From: Spirochaetia bacterium | GTDB lineage: Bacteria; Spirochaetota; Spirochaetia; SZUA-6; Bin103 | Direction: 5' to 3' | NCBI GenBank assembly: GCA_965203055.1 | Contig: OZ241863.1 | Location: 2,080,001 to 2,144,000, forward strand | Length of the DNA stretch: 64,000 nucleotides | Shown: piece after piece, positions 31,028 to 40,848 of the stretch | How positions within the stretch are numbered: position 1 is the first letter of the stretch | How the letters are laid out: the number at the start of each line of letters is the position of its first letter | Program-made: the position numbers and the translations under genes | The notes under the pieces: model-generated | What the model was told of the DNA's origin: nothing | Database searches by the model: none | The model's input: the letters and a program-made list of their open reading frames with translations, nothing else

Positions 31028-31752
31028 TTACCAGGCCAGGCTGATGCCGCGTTGGCGGAGGTCTTCGCGGCGGCGTTGGTAGTCGGGCAGGACGCGGCCG
31101 ACGGCCTGCCAGTAGTCGCGGCCGTGGCCGCGGTGGCGCAGGTGGACCAGCTCGTGGACCACGACGTAGTCGATCAGCCGCATGGGGGCCTGGATGATGC
31201 GCCAGTTCAGGCGGATGGTGCCGTTGCGGTCGCAGCTCCCCCACCGCTTCTGCTGATCGGAGATGACGACGCGCGGCAGCTCGACGCCGGCCTTCGCGCG
31301 CCAGGCCGCCACCCGTTCCGGCAACCGCGCGGCCGCGTGCCGGCGAAACCAGGCGACCAAGGCGGCGCGCACGTGCTCCGTCCGCTCCGCTCCGCGGGGC
31401 GCGGGTACGTGCAGCCAACCGCCGCGCAGCTTGGCGGCGCCGGTCTCCCCCCCATGCACCTTCAGGCGATAATGGCGGCCGAGATAGAGCACGCTCTCGC
31501 CGCTGACGAACTCGCGCGGCGCGGGCGGCGGGTCGTGGGACTGTACGTGACGCCGCCGTTGCGCAATCCACGGCGCCTTGCGCTGCACCAGCGCGTCCAG
31601 CCGGCTGGTGGAAAACTGTTCCGGCGCCACCAGCATCACGCTGCCGTCAGACGCCACCGTGACCGCTACGGTCTTCTTTCGCCGCCGGCTGCGGCGGATG
31701 GCGTACGCGAGCCGGGTCCCGCCCCAGGTAACGGCGGAGGTCTCGGCCGCGG

Positions 31753-31756
<4 letters not shown>
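31028..31756 (-). CDS. M48/YgjP (DUF45) family metallopeptidase-like protein
   Basis: SGESVLYLG, KRWGSC, YVVVHELVHL (HExxH); coupled to the hsdR stop. Confidence 0.9.
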
Positions 31757-34769
<3,013 letters not shown>

Positions 34770-34773
<4 letters not shown>

Positions 34774-35999
34774 GCCGCCTCCGTATCCGGAGTCACGCGA
34801 AGCTCACCAGTGAGGAGCACGGACATCAATGCTCGCTTCAACCGTAGACGGGCGCGGACCTCGGCCCTCGCGGACCGTATAAAGCTATTGAACCCATCTG
34901 CGACGTCGACTATCTTCCGCTGTTCATCCAGAGATGGCAAAGGAACCGGAAGCTGGCCATATTCCGTCGCGTTGATGTTCGGTTGCGCCTGGGCGCGCTG
35001 GCGGACCGCCACCCAACGCCAATATACCGCGGTGTTGAGATATTCCTTCAGAAACGCCGGAAGCAGGACACTGCCTCTGGTGCGGAAGCGGACAAGGTAG
35101 CCGGCGAACGCGCAGCGCAAACCGGTATCGTCGTCAACATGAAGGTATGCTTTTCCGACAGTCCCGCTACGAGCGAACAAAATATCACCCGTTCGTAGCA
35201 AGTAACCGTCAGCATCCTGGTCATCGATTCCAACGGCCTCGTCTTTCAGTGCGCCATCATCGTCAATATCGGTGATGCGAATATAACGGATCCCGCCGGG
35301 CTCAAAGTCCCTCTTGGCGACGTTGGCACCGTATTGTCCGCGTGCAATACAAGCATCAGCGAGTGACCGAACGGTCCACCCGTTCGGAATACTCCCAATC
35401 TCTGTCTGCTTGAATCGCGTGTTCCGTCCCGGCAGTCCTCGCGTGAACAGTTCCTGCATCAGTCCGCGCTTGACGATCTTCGCTTGGTCGATGACCGCCT
35501 GGGTCTTCTCGATAGCGTCGTCCACCGAGGAAAGAATCGCGGCAATCTTACGCTGCTCGGAAAGAGGCGGCAGCAGAAACGTAAACTCGCCAAGCTGTTT
35601 CCACGACGTTCTGGGCATCTTTGTACCAGACGACGTGGCGATCGCATGCCACTGCAATCGATTCCACTGCGCAAGCTGGAGCAGGTAAGGCGAGTCAAGA
35701 CCGTCTTTACCAAATAGTGGCAATATGTCGGTCGAACATACTCCATCAAACGGAGCCGCCGCCGCCTTCCGTAGATTCGGGCGAAGTTTGCCGAACAGTA
35801 TATCTCCGGTGTAAAAGACGGTCTTTGCACTGGTCGCACTGCCGGCTGACGACCAGCCAAGAAGCGCGGGACGCCCCTGCGCGAGATGCTCAAGGGCGAC
35901 ATACGGACGGACATCTCCTGCGGCCGGCGTGACCTTCATCAGTCGCTGGTCGGCACACTCACAGAGCCGTCGATGCACCCATCCTTCAGGAGCCTTCAA
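34770..35999 (-). CDS. hsdS: Type I RM specificity subunit
   Basis: Two low-GC TRDs; LPPLSEQRKIAAIL...GLMQELFTRG...TEIGSIPNGW, LPSLDEQRKI...LMSVLLTGELRV. Confidence 0.95.
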
Positions 36000-36067
36000 G
36001 TGGTTCAGTTCAACTAGTTCGATGCCCTGCGGCTGACAGGGCCGGTCGTGGGTATTGCCGGCGGCCC

Positions 36068-36382
36068 TTATTCGGCGTGGCCGGCGCCATTGTCATCGAG
36101 CTGCTGCTTGAGGCGCCGGAACGTAGCCTCGTCGATGCCGGTGGCCGCCTCTATGATGGACCACGGTACATCGCGTTCCAGGAATCGCTGGATGGTATGC
36201 AACTGTCCCCTCATCTCGCCTTCCTGGCGGCCTTCTTGGCGGCCTTCCTGGCGGCCTTCTTGGCGGCCTTCCTGGCGGCCTTCCTGGCGGGCCTGTTGGC
36301 GGGCCTCCCGGATGCCCTCCCGAATGCCCTCCCGAACACCCTCCCGGATGCCCTCGTCGATCATCTTATGCACGTAGGTCAT
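36068..36382 (-). CDS. Predicted in-frame internal small protein (Rpn-S-like antitoxin), 104 aa
   Basis: AGGAGG at 36395-36390, 7 nt before in-frame ATG 36382. Confidence 0.6.
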   Translation of the reverse strand: MTYVHKMIDEGIREGVREGIREGIREARQQARQEGRQEGRQEGRQEGRQEGRQEGEMRGQLHTIQRFLERDVPWSIIEAATGIDEATFRRLKQQLDDNGAGHAE

Positions 36383-37180
36383 TATCTCTCCTCCTCGGCC
36401 CGGCACGGTCCGCCGCAGCGCGTCCGCGAACGCCTGCTGCTGCTCATTCGACTTCAGCGCCAGCAGCACGTACTCCACATGCAGCGCCACCCCGTCAAAC
36501 CCTGCGACCGGATACAGCTCGTCCACCAACCGTATCATTTGGTTGAGCAAGTCGTCCCAGCCCTCCGAGCCCGCGCGGCGGTACTCGGTCATCATCGCGA
36601 GCTGCGCCAGCCGCGCGCCCAGCGTCCCCTCCACCGACTCCGGGTTCTGCTCGGTCTGGTCGATCAGCAGGTGCTCGAACTGCGGTACCCAACCCAGGGC
36701 GGACTCCGCGCCGGCAACCAACTCCGCGAACTGCCGCGGGAAACGCCACGGTTCGGCTCCCTGATAGAATACCACCGGCACGATCAGCGGCAACCGCGGC
36801 TCCTGCTCGTGCTCGCGGTGCCATTGCATCCAGGCCATCAGGCAGTAATGCAGCAACCGCAGCCGCAGCCAGCGGTCGGGCGTGGACTGATGTTCGAGCA
36901 ACACGAGGACGAGCACCGGAGAGCCGGAGACCTCGCGCTCGACCGAGAACAGCAGGTCGGCCTCGCGGCCGCGCCAGTCGTCACTGACCAAGCGGCTGGG
37001 CAGATGGGTCAGAGTGGTCCACCGCAGCATGCGGGCGAGTTCCTGGGGCAGGCAGGAGCGCAGCAGGCCGGCGGCGTTCTCGCGGTCGGAGAACACGCGG
37101 TAGAAGTACTTGTCGTGCCGCTGGCTGACCGGCGGCGGGTCGGCTGACTGCGGTTGGTCCGATGCGTGATCGTCAGCCAT
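36068..37180 (-). CDS. Rpn family recombination-promoting nuclease (PD-(D/E)xK, YhgA-like)
   Basis: HDKYFYRVFS, EADLLFSV, LLEHQSTPD, LPLIVPVVFYQG, C-terminal EGRQ repeats. Confidence 0.92.
   Translation of the reverse strand: MADDHASDQPQSADPPPVSQRHDKYFYRVFSDRENAAGLLRSCLPQELARMLRWTTLTHLPSRLVSDDWRGREADLLFSVEREVSGSPVLVLVLLEHQSTPDRWLRLRLLHYCLMAWMQWHREHEQEPRLPLIVPVVFYQGAEPWRFPRQFAELVAGAESALGWVPQFEHLLIDQTEQNPESVEGTLGARLAQLAMMTEYRRAGSEGWDDLLNQMIRLVDELYPVAGFDGVALHVEYVLLALKSNEQQQAFADALRRTVPGRGGEIMTYVHKMIDEGIREGVREGIREGIREARQQARQEGRQEGRQEGRQEGRQEGRQEGEMRGQLHTIQRFLERDVPWSIIEAATGIDEATFRRLKQQLDDNGAGHAE
36218..36355 (-). repeat. 12-bp tandem repeats encoding (R/Q)EG(R/I/V) in the Rpn C-terminus
   Basis: CCTTCYTGGCGG-type units (QEGR about six times) and CCCTCCCGRATG-type units (REGI/V about four times). 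Confidence 0.9.
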
Positions 37181-37193
37181 GAACCCGATGGCG

Positions 37194-37222
37194 ACCGTAG
37201 CCCCTCGCTACGCCGGCGTCAA
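37194..37222 (-). promoter_or_regulatory. Sigma70-type promoter for the rpn gene
   Basis: TTGACG-17 nt-TACGGT on the minus strand. Confidence 0.5.
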
Positions 37223-37263
37223 GCCTTGCGTTCGTGTCGTGTCGTGTAGTCGGCGCAGGTCTG

Positions 37264-37503
37264 CTACTCGTCGCGAACAGAGTCCAGGTACAGGGTGTCG
37301 GGACATATATCTTGTCCGTGGGGCCAGACGACGGTTCCATTCACGGCCATTGCTCGCTCGAAGTACCTGTTGTCTTGGAGCTCTTGGAACACGCCAAAAT
37401 CCAACAGGGTCGAACAGTCGTAGACCCGTCGTTCATCGTTATCGAAGAGCATCCTCAGTCTATATCCCTCCATCGCGGCAACTCTCGATATTCTCGGATT
37501 CAT
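37264..37503 (-). CDS. DUF2442 domain protein (antitoxin-like), orphan
   Basis: YRLRMLFDNDERRVYD...GVFQELQD..YF...GTVVWPHGQDICPDTLY. Confidence 0.85.
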   Translation of the reverse strand: MNPRISRVAAMEGYRLRMLFDNDERRVYDCSTLLDFGVFQELQDNRYFERAMAVNGTVVWPHGQDICPDTLYLDSVRDE

Positions 37504-37513
37504 GGCTGAGTCT

Positions 37514-37616
37514 GCTAGCCGCCGTAGCCCAGCTCGGCGAGGTAGCGGTTCATGGTCGCTTCGGCGGCGGCGCGTTCCCGCTCCAGCTCGCGGAGCTTGC
37601 GCACCGCGGCCGCCAC
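37514..37616 (-). repeat. Duplicated 3' end of hsdM (copy of 38963-39065)
   Basis: 102/103 identical by direct comparison; single mismatch 37581 C vs 39030 T. Confidence 0.97.
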
Positions 37617-37709
37617 ACACCGCTGCGCCACCAGCCGGCGCGCTAAGGTCACCTCGTCCTCATCCGTAGGGCAGCGCCGGTGGGGAGAACATCGGAGTGG
37701 CGGTGGGCC

Positions 37710-37979
37710 TCACCATTGGAATGACCAGCCCATGCCGCCGGCGGCCTGCACCAGATCGGCCTCCCCGAGCTCGGCGGAGGGCGGCAGGATCAGGTGACTG
37801 GTAGTCGCCGTTTCCTCGTGCACCTCGATGTTGAACTCGGAGGGCACGGTCAGGCCGATTTCCGCCTTGATCGCGGTCTTGGGGTCCGTCATCAATTGGT
37901 TGCGAAACTCGCGGTCCGCGGTCGCCTTTTCGATCAGCTGCTGGCGCAGAGCGCTGACCGTCATCGTCTTCTCGCCCAT
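37710..37979 (-). CDS. NHLP-leader (proteusin-type) RiPP precursor A, core MGWSFQW
   Basis: LIEKATADREFRNQLMTDPKTAI...IEVHEET...HLILPP...ELGEADLVQAAGG leader ending in a double-Gly; GAGGA RBS. Confidence 0.88.
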   Translation of the reverse strand: MGEKTMTVSALRQQLIEKATADREFRNQLMTDPKTAIKAEIGLTVPSEFNIEVHEETATTSHLILPPSAELGEADLVQAAGGMGWSFQW

Positions 37980-38052
37980 ATTCCTCTCCTTCCGGCAGCT
38001 CGCGCAGCATCGATCACGGCAATGTCTGCGCGCTACTCACATTGTCAGATCA

Positions 38053-38081
38053 AATATAGGCAACGTTGGCCAAAGTGTCGA
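38053..38081 (-). promoter_or_regulatory. Sigma70-type promoter of precursor A
   Basis: TCGACA-17 nt-TATATT. Confidence 0.55.
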
Positions 38082-38182
38082 GCCCGTGCACCGAGACGAG
38101 AGAAAATGAGTTATCAGGAAATTCCCGTGGGTGGCGGCGGTGGGATTCCGGCGCCGCCCCACCCACAGCGCCGTCGATGCAC

Positions 38183-38329
38183 CTATCCATCAGGGAACGG
38201 ATGGTCGCGCGCCAGCGTGCTCAGCCACCGCGACACCTTGGCCAAGTCCGCCGCCATCAGGTTGCGGTCGAACCCGTACAGATACCGCTGCGCCACCAGC
38301 CGGCGCGCGAAGGTCACCTCGTCCTCATC
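38183..38329 (-). pseudogene. Degenerate fragment of a type IIG/Eco57I-like N6-adenine methyltransferase
   Basis: Translates DEDEVTFARRLVAQRYLYGFDRNLMAADLAKVSRWLSTLARDHPF, matching the LYGVDxNPMAVxLAKLSLWL motif of that family. Confidence 0.7.
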
Positions 38330-38612
38330 CGTAGGGCAGCGCCGGTGGGGTGAACGACCAGTCGATGCCGCCGGCGGCCTGCGCCAAGTCGGCTTCCCCG
38401 AGCTCGGCGGAGGGCGGCAGGATCAAGTGACCGGTAGTCGCCGTGTCCTGGTGCACCTCGACGTTGAACTCGGAGGGCACGGTCAGGCCGGTTTCCGCCT
38501 CGATCGCGGTCTTGGGGTCCGCCATCAATTGGTTGCGAAACTCGCGGTCCGCGGTCGCCTTTTCGATCAGTTGCTGGCGCAGAGCGCTGACCGTCATCGT
38601 CTTCTCGCCCAT
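38325..38612 (-). CDS. NHLP-leader (proteusin-type) RiPP precursor B, core IDWSFTPPALPYG
   Basis: Leader 74/82 aa identical to precursor A, ends AAGG; GGAGGAGAGGA RBS. Confidence 0.88.
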   Translation of the reverse strand: MGEKTMTVSALRQQLIEKATADREFRNQLMADPKTAIEAETGLTVPSEFNVEVHQDTATTGHLILPPSAELGEADLAQAAGGIDWSFTPPALPYG

Positions 38613-38692
38613 ATTCCTCTCCTCCCGGCAGCTCGCGCAGCATCAATCACGGCATGTCTGCCGCGGCGCGCGCTACTCACTTTGTCAGATCA

Positions 38693-38721
38693 GATATAGG
38701 ATACCGTTGGCCAAATGTCGA
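38693..38721 (-). promoter_or_regulatory. Sigma70-type promoter of precursor B
   Basis: TCGACA-17 nt-TATATC. Confidence 0.5.
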
Positions 38722-38821
38722 GCCCTTGCACCGAGAAAATGAGTTATCAGGTATTTCCGTGGGTAGCGACGGGCGGACTCCGGCGCCGCCCCACCAGGGA
38801 TGAGCCGGCGGTGACCTCAGT

Positions 38822-38944
38822 CAGGCGGTGTGGGAGTTGACCGCCGGGCAGCCGCGGCTGGTCAACGCGCTGGCCCGGGAGGCGTGCTCCGGCGGCGAAG
38901 CGGGGCGCGACCGCACCCGGACGATCAGCGCCGAGGCGGTCCGT
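38822..38944 (+). pseudogene. Internal fragment of an AAA-like ATPase of the same family as 10355-11935
   Basis: QAVWELTAGQPRLVNALAREACSGGEAGRDRTRTISAEAVR aligns with ETIWTRTRGQPWLVNALADETCFRDRGGRDRARPVTAGAVR. Confidence 0.75.
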
Positions 38945-38963
38945 TGTTCCACGAGCTGATCCG

Positions 38964-40832
38964 CTAGCCGCCGTAGCCCAGCTCGGCGAGGTAGCGGTTC
39001 ATGGTCGCTTCGGCGGCGGCGCGTTCCCGTTCCAGCTCGCGGAGCTTGCGCACCGCGGCCGCCACGTCGATCCGTTCTTCTTCCTCCGCGGTGTCCACGT
39101 AGCGGGTGATGTTCAGGTTCCAGTCGTTGCGCTCGATCTCGGCGACCGGCACCACCCGCGCGTACTTCTCCACGTCGGTCCAGGCGTGGAAGGTCCGGGC
39201 GATGCGCTCCAGGTCGCGGTCGCGCAGGCGATTCTGGTTGGTCCCTTCCTCGAACTCCCCGGAGGCGTCGATGAACAGCACCGCGCCTGCGCGCGCGGGC
39301 GGCTTGGCGCGGTTCAGCACCAGCACGGACGCCGGGATGCCGGTGCCGTAGAACAGGTTGGGCGCAAGGCCGATGACCGCCTCGAACAGGTCTTCTGTGA
39401 GCATGCCCTGGCGAATCTTCCCCTCCGCGCCGCCGCGGAACAGCACCCCGTGCGGCATCACCACGCCGAGCCGTCCGGCAGCGTTCAGTACCGCCACCAT
39501 GTGCTGCACGAACGCCAGGTCGCCCTTGGTCTTCGGCGGCAGGCCGAACCGGAAGCGCCCGTGGCCGTCGCTCTCGGCCACCTCGCGGCCCCACTCGTCG
39601 AGGCTGAACGGCGGATTGGCGATCACCCGGTCGTAGCGCAGCAGCTCGCCTTCATCCACCAGCTTCGGGTCGCGGATCGTGTCGCCCTTCTCGATGCGCG
39701 CGTCCGGCAGCCCGTGGAGCAGCATGTTCATCTTGCAGATCGCCCAGGTGCCGAGGTTCTTCTCCTGACCGTGGAGCGTCAGGTCATTCGGATTGCCGCC
39801 CTGCCGCTCGAGGTGATGGGCGCACTCGATCAGCATGCCGCCGGAGCCCGCGGTCGGGTCGCAGACGCGCATCCCCGCGGCCGGCGCCAGCAGCTCGACG
39901 ATCAGCTTGACGACCATGCGCGGGGTGTAGAACTCGCCGCCCTTCTTGCCGGCGTCGTCGGCGAACTGTTCGATCAGATATTCGTAGGCGCGGCCGAGCA
40001 GATCCGGCTCCGCCAAGCGGTCGTTGCGGAGCGAGACTTCGGAGAAGTGCCGCACCAGGCGCGCCAGCACGGTGTCGCGGTTGCGGGCGTCGCCGAGCTT
40101 GCGCTCGTCGTTGTAGTCGATGCCGGCCAGCACGCCTTCGAGCGCGCTGTTCTGTTCCTCCAGCGCCGCGCACGCCTTGTTGAGGGTCTCGCCGATGTTG
40201 GCGGCCGCTTCCCGGATGGCGCCCCACCGCGCCCGGTCGGGCACGAAGAACTGGTGCTCGTCGGGGTCGGTCCAGGCCACCTCTTGGGACACGCCGCCGG
40301 CAATCAGCTTCTCCGCTTCCTCCTCGAAGCGGTCCGACAGCCGCTTCAGGAACAGCATGCCGAAGATGTAGGTCTTGTAGTCGCTGCTGTCGATCGATCC
40401 GCGCAGGATGTCGGCGGCCGCCCACAGGTACTGTTCGAGCTGCGCCACGCTCAGGATGTCGGCCGCCCGCGCCGGCGCGACGGCCGTGGTCGGGTCCGGC
40501 GGCGGACGGGAGGCGCCGGCGGCGGCCGCCGGCGCGGGCGGCGCGGCGGGGCGGACTTGCATCGCCACCGGGACCGGCGCGGCGAGACGCGCGGCAAGAT
40601 CCGCCTTCCGGCGCCCGGAATCGTCCAGATCGAACGCCCGGCACAGTTCCTTCAGACGGTCTCGGGACAGCTCCTGCAGCAGCGCCGTGACCCGCACCTT
40701 GCGCGCGCGGGCCAGCGCGTCCGCGAGTTGCTCCTTGTCGCCGCGGCCGGCGACCGGCAGCGCGTAGCGGTCGGCGCCGGCGCGCAGCTCGCGGCTCGTC
40801 AGTGCGGAAAGGATGGCGCGTTTCGCCGGCAT
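38964..40832 (-). CDS. hsdM: Type I RM methyltransferase subunit with N-terminal extension
   Basis: LWAAADILRG, GEFYTP, DPTAGSGGML, ANPPF, PHGVLFRG, NLFYGTGIP. Confidence 0.97.
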   Translation of the reverse strand: MPAKRAILSALTSRELRAGADRYALPVAGRGDKEQLADALARARKVRVTALLQELSRDRLKELCRAFDLDDSGRRKADLAARLAAPVPVAMQVRPAAPPAPAAAAGASRPPPDPTTAVAPARAADILSVAQLEQYLWAAADILRGSIDSSDYKTYIFGMLFLKRLSDRFEEEAEKLIAGGVSQEVAWTDPDEHQFFVPDRARWGAIREAAANIGETLNKACAALEEQNSALEGVLAGIDYNDERKLGDARNRDTVLARLVRHFSEVSLRNDRLAEPDLLGRAYEYLIEQFADDAGKKGGEFYTPRMVVKLIVELLAPAAGMRVCDPTAGSGGMLIECAHHLERQGGNPNDLTLHGQEKNLGTWAICKMNMLLHGLPDARIEKGDTIRDPKLVDEGELLRYDRVIANPPFSLDEWGREVAESDGHGRFRFGLPPKTKGDLAFVQHMVAVLNAAGRLGVVMPHGVLFRGGAEGKIRQGMLTEDLFEAVIGLAPNLFYGTGIPASVLVLNRAKPPARAGAVLFIDASGEFEEGTNQNRLRDRDLERIARTFHAWTDVEKYARVVPVAEIERNDWNLNITRYVDTAEEEERIDVAAAVRKLRELERERAAAEATMNRYLAELGYGG

Positions 40833-40848
40833 TGGCGGGTGCCGCCCT

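Larger units (their letters stand above)
37619..38163 (-). repeat. NHLP cassette unit A (promoter, RBS, precursor, MTase relic)
   Basis: Alignable along its length with 38284-38795. Confidence 0.9.
38284..38795 (-). repeat. NHLP cassette unit B
   Basis: Diverged direct repeat of 37619-38163. Confidence 0.9.

Noticed and set aside
36218..36355. Tandem repeats considered as a CRISPR array
   Set aside because: Units are 12 bp, contiguous, have no spacers and are in-frame coding repeats of Rpn; no cas genes present
36068..37180. Rpn as an active IS transposase
   Set aside because: No terminal inverted repeats or target duplication seen, and the family is better supported as a nuclease
37710..37712. 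Selenocysteine read-through of precursor A's TGA into the open frame behind it
   Set aside because: No convincing SECIS-like hairpin at the right distance, and the downstream frame is built from relic sequence
37710..38612. Nitrile hydratase alpha subunit call for the two small ORFs
   Set aside because: They lack the CxxCSC metal-binding motif and end in a double-Gly plus short core, which fits NHLP leaders
37619..38795. Two similar units considered as a DGR template/variable pair or integron cassettes
   Set aside because: Differences are not adenine-specific, there is no reverse transcriptase or integron integrase, and I could not identify attC boxes
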